The notes under the pieces: generated by a model
What the model was told of the DNA's origin: nothing
What the model saw: only the letters and a program-made list of their open reading frames with translations
The model's database searches: none
Source of the DNA: an uncultured Faecalibacterium sp.
GTDB taxonomy: Bacteria; Bacillota; Clostridia; Oscillospirales; Ruminococcaceae
Length of the DNA stretch: 64,000 nt
Direction of reading: 5' to 3'
Assembly: GCA_934525845.1 (NCBI GenBank)
Contig: CAKSZS010000002.1
Location: 29,265 to 93,264, forward strand
Part shown: positions 34,453 through 45,097 of the stretch, piece by piece
Layout: each line of letters starts with the position of its first letter
Position numbering within the stretch: position 1 is the stretch's first letter
Translations under genes and position numbers: made by a program

Positions 34453-36729
34453 ATGTTGGATATGATCAAGTGCAGCACCGGCGGCGCATATTATGCCCGC
34501 GGCGAGTGGGTGCCCGCAGACGGCAATGCGGCAGCGGCGCTGGCCGCCAAGGGCTTTGATGCCGCTGCCGTGGCAAACGCCAAGACCGGCACCATGGCCT
34601 ACAGCATTCTGCAGGCCCACAACACCAGCGGCGATGCCGAGAACCTGAAGATCAAGTTTGACGCCATGGCCAGCCATGACATCACCTTTGTGGGCATCAT
34701 CCAGACGGCCCGTGCGTCCGGCCTGGAAAAGTTTCCCATCCCGTATGTGCTCACCAACTGCCACAACAGCCTGTGCGCTGTGGGCGGCACCATCAACGAG
34801 GATGACCACCGTTTCGGCCTGTCGGCTGCCAAAAAGTACGGCGGCATCTTTGTGCCCCCGCATCTGGCTGTCATCCACCAGTACATGCGCGAGAAGTTCG
34901 CGGGCTGCGGCAAGATGATCCTTGGCTCGGACTCCCACACCCGCTACGGTGCACTGGGCACCATGGCCATCGGCGAGGGCGGCGGCGAGCTGGCCAAACA
35001 GCTGCTGGGCCGTACCTACGATGTGGCCCGCCCGGGTGTGGTGGCCATCTACCTCACCGGCAGTCTGCCGGCCGGCTGCGGCCCCCACGATGTGGCCATT
35101 GCTCTGGTGGGCAAGCTGTTCAAGAGCGGCTACGTCAAGAACAAGGTGATGGAGTTCGTCGGCCCCGGCATTGCCTCTCTGCGGCAGGACACCCGCAACG
35201 CCATCGATGCCATGACCACCGAGACCACCTGCCTGTCCTCCATCTGGGAGACCGACGAGACCACCCAGCGCTTCCTGGCCGTGCATGGCCGCGCGGCGGA
35301 CTACAAGAAGCTCGCTCCCGCCGACCTGGCCTATTATGACGGCGTGGTGGAAGTGGACCTGTCCGCCATCCGGCCCATGATCGCCCTGCCCATGCACCCC
35401 TCCAACGCCTTCACCATTGAAGAGCTGAACGCCAACCTGACCGACATCCTGCACGCCTGCGAGGAGGATGTGCAGAAGCTCATCGGCCGCAAGGACGTGC
35501 ACCTGGACCTGTGCAGCAAGATCGAGAACGGCAAGCTGCGGGTGGACCAGGGCGTCATTGCGGGCTGTGCAGGCGGTCTGTACGACAGCATTTATGAAGC
35601 CGCTTCCATCCTCAAGGGCCGCACCGGCGGCTGCGGCGACTACGCCCTCAGCGTCTACCCCGGCAGCCAGCCCATCATGATGGAACTGGTGCGCACCGGC
35701 GTGATCAGCGAACTGATGGCCAGCGGTGCCACCATCCGCACCGCCTTCTGCGGCCCCTGCTTCGGCGCAGGCGATGTGCCCGCCAACGGGGCACTGTCCA
35801 TCCGCCACACCACCCGCAACTTCCCCAGCCGCGAAGGCTCCAAGCCCGGCAATGGCCAGCTGGCGGGTGTGGCCCTGATGGATGCCCGCAGCATTGCGGC
35901 CACCACCGCCAACGGCGGCATCCTGACCCCGGCCACCGACATCGACTACGATCCCACTGTGCCCGAGTACCAGTACGATGCTTCCAGCTACGACACCCGC
36001 GTGTACCAGGGCTTCGGCAAGGGCGATTACGACGCCCTGCTCAAGCTGGGCCCCAACATCAAGGACTGGCCGGAGATCGCACCGCTGGGCAACAACCTGC
36101 TGCTGAAGGTGGCCTCCTACATCACCGACCCGGTCACCACCACCGACGAGCTGATCCCCTCCGGCGAGACTTCCTCCTACCGCTCCAACCCCCTGGGTCT
36201 GGCCGAGTTCACCCTCAGCCGCAAGGACCCCGCGTATGTGAGCCGTGCCAAGGCGGTGCAGGCCGAGGAGAACGCCCGCCGCGCCGGACAGGCCGATGAC
36301 GCGCTGCTGGCCAAGATCCACGCCGTGCCCGGCTGTGAAGACCTGACCTGGAAGGATGTGCAGATCGCCTCCACCATCTTTGCCGTGAAGCCCGGCGACG
36401 GTTCCGCCCGCGAGCAGGCCGCCAGCTGCCAGCGCGTGCTGGGTGCCGGGGCCAACATCGTCACCGAGTACGCCACCAAGCGCTACCGCTCCAACCTGAT
36501 CAACTGGGGAATGCTGCCCCTGCAGTTGGCCGGGGCAACGCCTTTCGGGCTGGGGGATTACATCCTCATCCCCGATGTGCGCGAAGCCCTCAAGGGCGAC
36601 CTGAAGGACATCAAGGCCTATGTGCTGGGCGACGAACCCAAGGCATTCGACCTCTACATGGCCCCCCTGACCGCCGATGAGCGCCAGATCCTGGCGGACG
36701 GCTGCCTGATCAATTTCTATAAGCACTAA
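34453..36729 (+). CDS. aconitate hydratase (aconitase family Fe-S hydro-lyase)
   Basis: 758 aa with GSDSHT, the CGPCFGAGD Cys cluster and a C-terminal swivel domain. Confidence 0.8.
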   Translation: MLDMIKCSTGGAYYARGEWVPADGNAAAALAAKGFDAAAVANAKTGTMAYSILQAHNTSGDAENLKIKFDAMASHDITFVGIIQTARASGLEKFPIPYVLTNCHNSLCAVGGTINEDDHRFGLSAAKKYGGIFVPPHLAVIHQYMREKFAGCGKMILGSDSHTRYGALGTMAIGEGGGELAKQLLGRTYDVARPGVVAIYLTGSLPAGCGPHDVAIALVGKLFKSGYVKNKVMEFVGPGIASLRQDTRNAIDAMTTETTCLSSIWETDETTQRFLAVHGRAADYKKLAPADLAYYDGVVEVDLSAIRPMIALPMHPSNAFTIEELNANLTDILHACEEDVQKLIGRKDVHLDLCSKIENGKLRVDQGVIAGCAGGLYDSIYEAASILKGRTGGCGDYALSVYPGSQPIMMELVRTGVISELMASGATIRTAFCGPCFGAGDVPANGALSIRHTTRNFPSREGSKPGNGQLAGVALMDARSIAATTANGGILTPATDIDYDPTVPEYQYDASSYDTRVYQGFGKGDYDALLKLGPNIKDWPEIAPLGNNLLLKVASYITDPVTTTDELIPSGETSSYRSNPLGLAEFTLSRKDPAYVSRAKAVQAEENARRAGQADDALLAKIHAVPGCEDLTWKDVQIASTIFAVKPGDGSAREQAASCQRVLGAGANIVTEYATKRYRSNLINWGMLPLQLAGATPFGLGDYILIPDVREALKGDLKDIKAYVLGDEPKAFDLYMAPLTADERQILADGCLINFYKH

Positions 36730-36741
36730 GGAAGTAGACCC

Positions 36742-37608
36742 ATGTCCTGTGATCTTCATATCCATTCCACCTGTTCGGACGGCGCAGTGCCCATTGCCCG
36801 GCTGGCCCTCATCGCGGCGCGCACCGGCCTGAAAGCCATCGCCCTGTCCGACCATGACACGACCCTGAGCGCGGAATATGCTTACGCCCACCCCAGCCAG
36901 AGCGGGGTGACGCTGGTGCCTGCCGTGGAGCTGACCGGCTACGACTACGACCGCCAGCACCGGGTGCACCTGTTGTGCTACTACCCCAATCTGGACTGCC
37001 CGGAGTTCCGCCGGCACTGCGAGATCATGAAAGAGCGCCGCAACGCCTGCGCCCTGCAGAGCATCCACGAGCTGGAAACGATGTACCCGCAGTTCACCGA
37101 GGAGCTGGTCTGGGAGACCGCAAGGGACAGTGGTGTGCTGTTCAAGAGCGGCATCATGCAGGCGCTGGAGCTGCTGGGCCTGACCGACGGCAGCATCTAC
37201 GGGGAGACGTACCACAAGCTGTTCGGCTGGAACCCCCGCGGCATCGTGCTGCACTCGCCGGAGTATCTCCCGGTGCGGGAAGTCCTGGCCACAGCCAAGG
37301 CCAGCGGCGGCGCGGTGGTGTTCGCCCACCCGACCGTGTACAAGAGTATGCCGCTGGTGCGGGAGCTTGCGGCGGAAGGGGCCATCGACGGCATCGAGAT
37401 CGATCACCCCAGCAACAGCCCGGAAGACCGCGCCGAATGCAAGGCACTGTGCGAACAGTACGGCCTGATCCAGACGGCGGGCACCGATTTCCATGGCCGC
37501 AACCACAAGCACCCGCACCCCATCGGCACCTGCACGGCCCCGGACGAGACCCTGGACCGCCTGCAGGCCGTTGCCCGGGCGCGGGGCGGCGGAAACGGTA
37601 CGCTGTGA
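36742..37608 (+). CDS. PHP-domain metal-dependent phosphoesterase
   Basis: The N-terminus begins MSCDLHIHSTCSDGA and continues LSDHDT, which is the PHP signature. Confidence 0.7.
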   Translation: MSCDLHIHSTCSDGAVPIARLALIAARTGLKAIALSDHDTTLSAEYAYAHPSQSGVTLVPAVELTGYDYDRQHRVHLLCYYPNLDCPEFRRHCEIMKERRNACALQSIHELETMYPQFTEELVWETARDSGVLFKSGIMQALELLGLTDGSIYGETYHKLFGWNPRGIVLHSPEYLPVREVLATAKASGGAVVFAHPTVYKSMPLVRELAAEGAIDGIEIDHPSNSPEDRAECKALCEQYGLIQTAGTDFHGRNHKHPHPIGTCTAPDETLDRLQAVARARGGGNGTL

Positions 37609-37700
37609 CCCGGTCACATTGACATTTGGGCAAATCGCTCTATAATAAGGAAAGACGCATTTCCGTCAGGATTTGAAAAGAGAGGACGTATCGAACCCCA

Positions 37701-37963
37701 TGAGCAAAGAATTCAGTTTTCCCAACAGCGGCACCTGCTCCAAGCAGACCAACTTCGTGCTGAACGACGACCACACCATTGAGTCCATGGAGGTCATCGG
37801 CGGCTGCAACGGCAACCTGAAAGGCATCTGCCGTCTGGTCAAGGGCATGAAGGCCGAGGAGGTCATCGACCGCATGGAGGGCACCCTCTGCGGCTTCCGC
37901 AATACCAGCTGCCCGGACCAGATCGCCAAGAACCTGAAAAAGGCCCTGGCCGAAATGGACTAA
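37701..37963 (+). CDS. TSCPD-domain protein
   Basis: Contains the eponymous TSCPDQ motif. 87 aa. Confidence 0.55.
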
Positions 37964-37975
37964 GGTCCGCTGAAA

Positions 37976-38025
37976 AAAACGCAAAAGCACCGCATTCTGT
38001 CTGCCGCAGAGTGCGGTGCTTTTTT
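37976..38025 (+). terminator. rho-independent terminator
   Basis: AAAAGCACCGCATTCTGTCTGCCGCAGAGTGCGGTGCTTTTTT. Confidence 0.6.
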
Positions 38026-38500
38026 GATGGTTCCCGTCAGAATGCAGTCGTGTGGACAAAGTGAAATGCCTTTTGCAAGGAGCATTTCCGCCGGAGATGT
38101 TCTCTTTTGGTGGCAAAAGAGAACCAGAAAGCGCGGCGGTGCCCGTAGGGCATGAAAGCCCCAGTGGGGCTTTTAAGCCGCAGAACGGTTTGCAAAGCAA
38201 ATGCCGCGTGTTCAGCGCGGCAAGGGCACAGCGATTTCGACGCGCTGGACCCACGAATCAAGGGCTGCTCGCCCTTGATAATCCCAAAGAAGAAAGGCTT
38301 CATACAAAAAAGCTAGCGCTGCGCTTCACGCTTTTTTGTGTTCCGCCGATTTGAAAACCCTCTCCGTTACGGCTTGCGCTATGTTTGAGATAGTTCCATT
38401 CTTCCGCATAGATTCCTGTCCCGACACGAACTGCTGATTTTTTCCGGGCAAACGGGGCTATACTTTGGATGCAAGACAATCAGCAGCAAGGAGCAGGCAG

Positions 38501-40801
38501 ATGAGTATTTGGGAAAAACTGGGTTTTGGCAGCTACAAGGGCTTTTCGCGGGAGGCTGAACAGCTTCTGCGGCAGGCGGTAGAACTGGCCGGGGGGCTTG
38601 GGTGCGAAAAGGCAGACACCGGCCATCTGCTGCTGGCCATGCTGCAGCAGAAAAACAGCGCAGCAGAGCGCTTTCTGACCGGGAAGCAGGTGTCAGAGCA
38701 GGCGGTGCGCCGTCAGCTGGCCGACAGCCGATGCGGCCCGGCGCTGCATCTGAACCGGCAGGCGCTGGCCCCGGACCTCAGGCGCACCATGGACTATGCG
38801 CTCATCGGGGCGCAGAACGCCCACCGAAGCCGGGCCGAGCCGGAGCACCTGCTCTGCGCCATGCTGGAGGATGACGGCTGCACGGCGGGGCTGCTGCTGG
38901 CTTCCATGGGGGTGCCGCTGACCGAAGCGGTGCGGGAGTGCCGCCAGATGTCCGGCCAGCTGGTGCTGCCGGTGCAGCCGCGGGTCTCAGCCGCCATGCC
39001 CCGGGGCAGCCGTGCCAGCGACAAATACTGCCGCGACCTGACCCGCCGCGCCCAGGACGGGGAGCTGGACCCAGTGTTCTGCCGGGATGCTGAGCTGGAC
39101 CGCATGGTGGAGATCTTATGCCGCCGTCAGAAGAACAACCCCTGTCTGGTGGGGGAGCCGGGCGTGGGCAAGACCGCCCTGGCCGAGGGCCTGGCCCAGC
39201 GCATCGCCTCCGGGCAGGTGCCCAGGGCGCTGAAAGGGCGGCGTCTGCTGGCGCTGGACATGGCCAGTCTGGTGGCAGGCACCAAGTACCGCGGCGATTT
39301 TGAGGAACGGTTCAAGAACCTGCTGGAAGAGCTGGTGCGGGACGGCACCGCCATCCTGTTTGTGGACGAATTCCACACCATCGTAGGGGCCGGTGCCGCC
39401 GAGGGGGCTATCGACGCGGCCAGCATCCTGAAGCCGGTGCTGGCCCGGGGCGAACTGCAGCTTATCGGAGCCACCACGAATCAGGAGTTCCGCACCCACA
39501 TCCAGAAGGATGCCGCCCTGGAGCGCCGCTTTGGCCGGGTGCAGGTGGAGGAGCCGACCCCCGCGCAGGCGGTGGACATCCTCAACGGGCTGGCGCCGCG
39601 CTACGAGCGCTATCACCACGTCACCCTGCCGCCCCACACCCTGCAGGCGGCAGTGGAGCTGGCGGTGCGGTATCTGCCCGGGCGCTGCCTGCCGGACAAG
39701 GCCATCGATCTGGTGGACGAAGCCTGTGCCGCCGCCCGCATCCGCGCCGAACAAAGCGGCAATGCCCAGCCCGTGCTGACCCCGGACGACATTGCCCGGG
39801 TAGTGGCACAGGCCAGCGGGGTTCCCGCGGAGCGGGTGGGCGAGCAGGAACGGGAGCGGCTGGAAAAACTGGAAGAGCGCCTGAACGCGGAGATCATCGG
39901 GCAGCAGCGGGCCGTCGCCGCCGTGGCAGGGGCCATCCGCCGCAGCCGCACCGGGCTGGGAGAACCGGGGCGGCCCATCGGTGCGCTGCTGTTTTTAGGC
40001 CCCACCGGCGTGGGCAAGACCGCCCTGGCCCGGGCACTGGCGGCGGGCTGGTTCGGCAGCGAGAAGGCCCTGCTCAAGTTCGATATGTCGGAGTATCAGG
40101 AGCAGCATACCGCCGCCCGGCTGCTGGGTGCGCCGCCGGGCTATCTGGGCCATGACGAGGGCGGGCAGCTCACCGAGGCCGTGCGCCGCCGCCCCTACAG
40201 CGTAGTGCTGTTTGATGAGATCGAAAAGGCCCACCCGGACATCCAGAACATTCTGCTTCAGATCCTGGAAGACGGCCAGCTCACGGACGCCATGGGCCGC
40301 AAGGCGGATTTCCGCAACACCATCGTGCTGCTCACCTCCAACCTGGGTGCGCGATGCCTGTCCGGACAGGCGGCACCCCTGGGCTTTGCCGCCGGGGCCG
40401 AAGCGCTGTTCGAGAAGCAGGCAGGGCAGGCCGTAGAAGAAGCCAAAAAGTGGTTCCGCCCGGAACTGGTGGGGCGGCTGGACGAGATGATCGTGTTCCG
40501 CCCGCTGAGCACCGACAGCCTGTGCACCATCGCCGAGACCATGCTGTGCCGTCTGGAAGACCGCGCTGCCCGCAATGGGTACCGGCTGCGGCATACGCCC
40601 CGGGTGGGCGCGGCGCTGGCCGCAAAGGCCCAGTCCGCCTACGGTGCACGGGAGCTGCGCCGCGCGGTGGACCGTGCCGTGGAGCAGGCGCTGGCGGATC
40701 AGATCGCGGCGGGCGCGGCCTGCACCGGGCAGTGCTGGACGGCGGACTGCGCCGCCGATGGCAGCATCGTCCTGCGGGAGGATGAAACGGCAACGCTGTA
40801 A
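38501..40801 (+). CDS. Clp/Hsp100-family AAA+ ATPase (ClpA/ClpC-like, two nucleotide-binding domains, N-terminal Clp_N repeats)
   Basis: Two Walker A motifs, GEPGVGKT and GPTGVGKT, plus Clp_N-like N-terminal repeats. 766 aa. Confidence 0.8.
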   Translation: MSIWEKLGFGSYKGFSREAEQLLRQAVELAGGLGCEKADTGHLLLAMLQQKNSAAERFLTGKQVSEQAVRRQLADSRCGPALHLNRQALAPDLRRTMDYALIGAQNAHRSRAEPEHLLCAMLEDDGCTAGLLLASMGVPLTEAVRECRQMSGQLVLPVQPRVSAAMPRGSRASDKYCRDLTRRAQDGELDPVFCRDAELDRMVEILCRRQKNNPCLVGEPGVGKTALAEGLAQRIASGQVPRALKGRRLLALDMASLVAGTKYRGDFEERFKNLLEELVRDGTAILFVDEFHTIVGAGAAEGAIDAASILKPVLARGELQLIGATTNQEFRTHIQKDAALERRFGRVQVEEPTPAQAVDILNGLAPRYERYHHVTLPPHTLQAAVELAVRYLPGRCLPDKAIDLVDEACAAARIRAEQSGNAQPVLTPDDIARVVAQASGVPAERVGEQERERLEKLEERLNAEIIGQQRAVAAVAGAIRRSRTGLGEPGRPIGALLFLGPTGVGKTALARALAAGWFGSEKALLKFDMSEYQEQHTAARLLGAPPGYLGHDEGGQLTEAVRRRPYSVVLFDEIEKAHPDIQNILLQILEDGQLTDAMGRKADFRNTIVLLTSNLGARCLSGQAAPLGFAAGAEALFEKQAGQAVEEAKKWFRPELVGRLDEMIVFRPLSTDSLCTIAETMLCRLEDRAARNGYRLRHTPRVGAALAAKAQSAYGARELRRAVDRAVEQALADQIAAGAACTGQCWTADCAADGSIVLREDETATL

Positions 40802-40880
40802 CTTCCCCAATTCCCCCTTGCAACCTGCGGCGTTTTCGTCTATCATAGAGGGAAGAAAACGTTTCAGCAGGGAGGACCCC

Positions 40881-41882
40881 ATGCACACTTTATTTCTCTT
40901 GAATCCGACGGCGGGCAAGGCCGACTGCACCCGGACGCTGCCGGAGCAGATCCATGCGGCGGCCGCCCGGGCGGGCCTGCCGCCGCAGGACTATGCCCTT
41001 GCCGTGACCACCCACGCCGGCCATGCCCGGGAGCTGGCCCATGCCGCGGCCGAACAGACCCGGCAGACGGGGGAGACCCTGCGCATCTTTACCGCAGGCG
41101 GTGACGGCACCTTCAACGAGGCCCTCACCGGGATCTACGGCTTTGAAAATGCCGCCGTGGGCTGTCTGCCCTACGGCAGCGGCAACGATTTTCTGCGCAC
41201 CTTCGGGACAAAAGAAGAGTTCCTGGACCTGGACGCCCAGCTGGCCGGCGGGGAAGTATCCATCGATCTGATGCAGACCAGTCTTGGCCTGTCCGCCACC
41301 ATCTGCGCCGCCGGTCTGGATGCGCAGGTGGCCTACGGCATCCCGAAGTTCCGGCGCATCCCGCTGTGCGGCGGAGAAGTTTCGTATGCGCTGTCCATCG
41401 TGGAGCAGCTGTGCGGGCACATCGGACGGCGGGTGGAGTACACCATCGACGGCGAGGTGCTGCCGGTGGACTGCCTGATGTGCGCCATCTGCAACGGCCG
41501 CACCTACGGCGGCGGATTTTGCGCCGGACCGGAAGCCCAGCCCGATGACGGCTGGCTGGATGTGTTCATCGTGCGCAAGGTGGGGCGGCTCACCATCGCC
41601 AAACTGCTGAGTATGTACAAGAACGGGCGGCACTTCCGGAACGGGCAGCTGGTGGAAGCTGCAAAGCCCTATTTCATCTACCGCCGGGCAAAGTCCGTCA
41701 GCCTGAAAGCCATTGACGGCCGCGGCCCCATCATCGCCACGGCGGACGGCGAGTGTGCCCCCTGTGAGCAGGTGCGTGTGCAGGTGCAGCCCCTGGCCGG
41801 GCGCATCCTGCTGCCGGAACCGGCCTATGAACGATTCCGGACACAGCGGGCTGCCGGGGTGCCGGGAGGACAGGCCCGTTGA
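40881..41882 (+). CDS. DAGK_cat-family lipid kinase (DgkB/YegS-like diacylglycerol kinase)
   Basis: FTAGGDGTFNEAL motif. Its stop overlaps the next gene's start. Confidence 0.7.
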   Translation: MHTLFLLNPTAGKADCTRTLPEQIHAAAARAGLPPQDYALAVTTHAGHARELAHAAAEQTRQTGETLRIFTAGGDGTFNEALTGIYGFENAAVGCLPYGSGNDFLRTFGTKEEFLDLDAQLAGGEVSIDLMQTSLGLSATICAAGLDAQVAYGIPKFRRIPLCGGEVSYALSIVEQLCGHIGRRVEYTIDGEVLPVDCLMCAICNGRTYGGGFCAGPEAQPDDGWLDVFIVRKVGRLTIAKLLSMYKNGRHFRNGQLVEAAKPYFIYRRAKSVSLKAIDGRGPIIATADGECAPCEQVRVQVQPLAGRILLPEPAYERFRTQRAAGVPGGQAR

Positions 41883-42580
41883 GCGGGAACGCCGGCTGCT
41901 GTCCGTGGCAGGACGCGTTGTACCGGGGCATCCTGCGGCAGGAACGCCGGATCTGGGTCGGCGGGGAACCGCCGGAACGGGTCAGCGGACAGCTGAAGCA
42001 GATCCTGGACGACAACCCGCAGATCTTCTGGTTTGATGGCCGGTGGCGCTGGATCCGGCAGGGAAACGGCAGCTGGGTGGAGCCGCTTTACCGTCTTTCG
42101 GGTGCGGAGATCCGCGCAGCGCAGGACGCGATCCGCGTGGTCACGCTGCAGCAGAGCCAATGGGCCGCCGGGTCGGAGCGGGAAAAGATCTGCGGGGTCT
42201 ACTTCTGGCTCCTGGAAAACGTATCGTACGGGCTGGGAGCGTCGGACGGGCAGACGATCTTTGATGCGCTGGTCCTGCGGCAGGCGGTGTGTAAGGGGCT
42301 GGCAAAAAGTATGCAGTTTCTGTTGGGACAGATGGAAGTGCCCGTCTGGCTTTGCAGCGGAACGCTGGACGGAACCACCCGGCACATCTGGAATGCGGTA
42401 AAACTGGATGGGACGGTCTACAATGTGGACGTAAGCCCGGCCTACCCCTGCTTCGACTCTTTTTTTACGGGAGCCGAGCGGCAGGATCGGAGCCGGGGAT
42501 TGCTGCTTTTGGAGGAACAGCGGAAACAGCTGCATCAGCATTTCCGCACGAGGAACGAAAATGAATCTGACAAAATGTGA
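41879..42580 (+). CDS. transglutaminase-like superfamily putative cysteine peptidase
   Basis: Cys-His-Asp arrangement CKGLAKSMQFLL ... TRHIWNAVKLDGTVYNVD. The TTG start overlaps the DAGK stop. The C-terminus overlaps the next gene by 20 nt. Confidence 0.55.
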   Translation: MSGNAGCCPWQDALYRGILRQERRIWVGGEPPERVSGQLKQILDDNPQIFWFDGRWRWIRQGNGSWVEPLYRLSGAEIRAAQDAIRVVTLQQSQWAAGSEREKICGVYFWLLENVSYGLGASDGQTIFDALVLRQAVCKGLAKSMQFLLGQMEVPVWLCSGTLDGTTRHIWNAVKLDGTVYNVDVSPAYPCFDSFFTGAERQDRSRGLLLLEEQRKQLHQHFRTRNENESDKM

Positions 42581-45029
42581 AAACGGACATTATTACGATC
42601 GGGATCGGTTCCCGGTCTGCCCGCACTGCGGCATGGCGCCGGAACAGCCGTTCCCGGATCCGGACGGGCCGGAAACGGAACCGCACGCAATGCAGATCCG
42701 GAAATGCCCGGCGGGGCATTTCTACAATGCCGGGCGCTATGCGTCCTGCCCGCTCTGCAAAACGGAACAGCCGCCGAAACCGAAGGAACTGCCGGAGCTT
42801 CTCCCGGAAAAATACCGGAAGCTTGGAACGATCCGGCTGGAAAACCGGGGCGCTTCCGGGCTGGTTTACGAGATCCGGGGAGATCGGACTTACGCTCTGA
42901 AGGCAATCGACTGCGGCAGGGATCCCCAAAAGCTCGATGCGGCCATGCGCGAAATTCAGGCGATGAAGCGCCTGAACGGTGCAGCCGGCGCGGTGCCGCT
43001 GCTGGAAGATTTTGTGCTGGAAGACGGAGACCGGACGATCGTCTGCCTGCTGGAGCCGTACCGCACCCCGCTGCCGGTTTTCCTGAGGAGACGCGCCCTC
43101 TCAACGGGCGGCATCCTCCGGCTCGGCGGTGCGCTGTGCCGGGCGTTGATCTCCTGCCGGGACGCCGGTGTCCTGCATCTGGACGTGCAGCCCAAAAACA
43201 TCTATCTGGACGAAGTGGATACGGTCTGTCTGGGCGACTTCGGCGTCGTCCGGTTCCGGGAAGAGCCGGAGAACCTGCCGCGCCGCTGTGGGACGGAAGC
43301 CTATATGGGACCGGAAGTGTACGCACAGGGGCAGTGCGGGGAACCATCGGTGCTCTATTCCGTGGGAATGATCCTGTACGCGCTGCTCAACGAACGGGTG
43401 CTGCCGTTTATGGAAACGCTGCCGGCCGAGGAGGCCGCCCGGCGGCGGATGCAGGGAAGCCCGCTGCCGCCGCCCCGAGGACTGACTGCGGAAGAACGGC
43501 CGGTGATGGAGCCGCTTCTGGAAGCACTCTGCGCCTTCCAGGCATCACGGCGCCCGCAGACACTGGATGCCGCTCTGCAGAAGATCACGGAGTGCCTTCA
43601 GGTGCTGGAAGAACAGGGCCTCGGGACAGCTCTGCACGAAGAAGCACCGGCGGCAGCGGGGTGGTTTGACGCAGACACCACAGCGCGGAGCATTCCGCTT
43701 TTCACAGACGATGCAGGAAACATAACCGGTACTGCTCCGGCAGAGACCGGATTGTTTGAAGCCGACCCCACAGCCATGAGCATTCCGATTTCTGCGGACG
43801 ATCGGACAGGCACACCGGGAACTGCCCCGGCAGGGCGGGAACTCTTTGCGGAAGACACCCTTGCGCCCTCTGACGCATTCGGGATCGTTCCGGCGGACTC
43901 GGCCTGCGATCCGACCGTGCCGGAAAAAACGGAACCGCAAAGTATGACGGACATCGTATCCATTACCTGGTTCTGTCCCTGCTGCGGTGCACGCAACGCG
44001 CCGGACGCGAAGTTCTGCGTATGCTGCGGTGCGCGCAGGAGCAGTGCGTCAAATGGACGAGCACCGACGTTCTCGCCGGCACCGGTGCCGGTACCGGCGG
44101 CCTCTGCAGAACCGCCTGCCCGGCAAAAGGGCGGGCTGCTGCAATCCATGCTGGGCTTTCTGCGCAAAGACCGGAAAAAACCGGAACCGGAACAGACGCC
44201 CCTCAACATGGACCGGGTGGAGTTTTCAGCCGTAGCGCCCAAGACCCTGTGCAAAGGGGACTACAGCATTCTGCACCTGATGATGTATGAGACCGCCTTC
44301 CGCCGGGAGGTGGACGCACTGCTGGAACAGGCCGATCGGCCCATGCGGGAAACAAAGGCGGGCGTCCTGCAGGTGCAGAGGAACAAAACGATCCGGGTCG
44401 TGCTGACCTCTCCGGATGTGGAGATCGCGGACGGGGAAGAGCAGCGTGTCTGGCAGGGCGGCTATCTGGACTTCAGCTTTGCCGTGCTGCTTCCGGCGCA
44501 GTACCGGAAGCGGCAGGTGCTGTTTCAGGCGCAGGTGTACATCGACGATGTGATCGCCACCCGGCTGACCTTTACGGCGGACTGCGTTTCGCCGCTGGAG
44601 CAGCGGCTGCAGGTCCTGCGGCAGGATGTCCTGTCGGCCTTCGTCTCGTATGCCAGCGAAGACCGCGCCTGGGTGCTGACCGCGGTGGAAGGCATGAAAA
44701 AGGTCCGCGCGGATCTGGACGTTTTTCTGGATGTGGAATCCCTGCGCAGCGGCGACAACTGGGAATCCCGGCTGTATGCGGAGATCGACCGCCGGGACGT
44801 GCTGTATCTGTTCTGGTCGCGCGCGGCCCGGCAATCGCCCTGGGTGGACCGGGAATGGCGCTACGCAATGGACCAGAAGGGTCTGGAGGCCATTGAACCG
44901 GTGCCCATGGAGCCGCCGGATATCTGTCCGCCGCCCAAGGAGCTGGAAAGCAAGCACTTCAACGACAGCACCCTGTACATCATCAACGCCGAAAAGCGGC
45001 GGCTGAAGACCGGCTCTTCGGGGAAATGA
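42561..45029 (+). CDS. multi-domain protein: 2 N-terminal zinc ribbons + Hanks-type Ser/Thr kinase + triple-repeat linker + third zinc ribbon + unassigned domain + C-terminal TIR domain
   Basis: Zinc ribbons CENGHYY..CPHC and CPAGHFY..CPLC. Kinase motifs GASGLVYE, ALKAID, HLDVQPKN, GDFG and GTEAYMGPE. Third zinc ribbon CPCCGARNAPDAKFCVCCGAR. TIR region VSYASEDRAWV ... LYLFWSRAARQSPWVDREW. Confidence 0.7.
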   Translation: MNLTKCENGHYYDRDRFPVCPHCGMAPEQPFPDPDGPETEPHAMQIRKCPAGHFYNAGRYASCPLCKTEQPPKPKELPELLPEKYRKLGTIRLENRGASGLVYEIRGDRTYALKAIDCGRDPQKLDAAMREIQAMKRLNGAAGAVPLLEDFVLEDGDRTIVCLLEPYRTPLPVFLRRRALSTGGILRLGGALCRALISCRDAGVLHLDVQPKNIYLDEVDTVCLGDFGVVRFREEPENLPRRCGTEAYMGPEVYAQGQCGEPSVLYSVGMILYALLNERVLPFMETLPAEEAARRRMQGSPLPPPRGLTAEERPVMEPLLEALCAFQASRRPQTLDAALQKITECLQVLEEQGLGTALHEEAPAAAGWFDADTTARSIPLFTDDAGNITGTAPAETGLFEADPTAMSIPISADDRTGTPGTAPAGRELFAEDTLAPSDAFGIVPADSACDPTVPEKTEPQSMTDIVSITWFCPCCGARNAPDAKFCVCCGARRSSASNGRAPTFSPAPVPVPAASAEPPARQKGGLLQSMLGFLRKDRKKPEPEQTPLNMDRVEFSAVAPKTLCKGDYSILHLMMYETAFRREVDALLEQADRPMRETKAGVLQVQRNKTIRVVLTSPDVEIADGEEQRVWQGGYLDFSFAVLLPAQYRKRQVLFQAQVYIDDVIATRLTFTADCVSPLEQRLQVLRQDVLSAFVSYASEDRAWVLTAVEGMKKVRADLDVFLDVESLRSGDNWESRLYAEIDRRDVLYLFWSRAARQSPWVDREWRYAMDQKGLEAIEPVPMEPPDICPPPKELESKHFNDSTLYIINAEKRRLKTGSSGK

Positions 45030-45097
45030 TCCGCCGGGCAATACGGTCCTCCATTTTGTGCGGCACAGCCCCGGACGCCGCAGAACGAATCTTTCCG

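Noticed and set aside
40881-41882. The DAGK_cat gene might itself be the novel effector of the kinase-TIR system
   Set aside because: Soluble DAGK_cat kinases (DgkB) are housekeeping in Firmicutes and are found near ligA in Bacillus. It is therefore treated as the probable backbone gene to which the other two are appended, although the ATGA overlap means co-function cannot be excluded.
42561-45029. The kinase might be PrkC/PknB, the housekeeping PASTA Ser/Thr kinase
   Set aside because: It has no transmembrane segment, no PASTA repeats and no adjacent PP2C phosphatase. Instead it has zinc ribbons and a TIR domain, so it is not the canonical PrkC.
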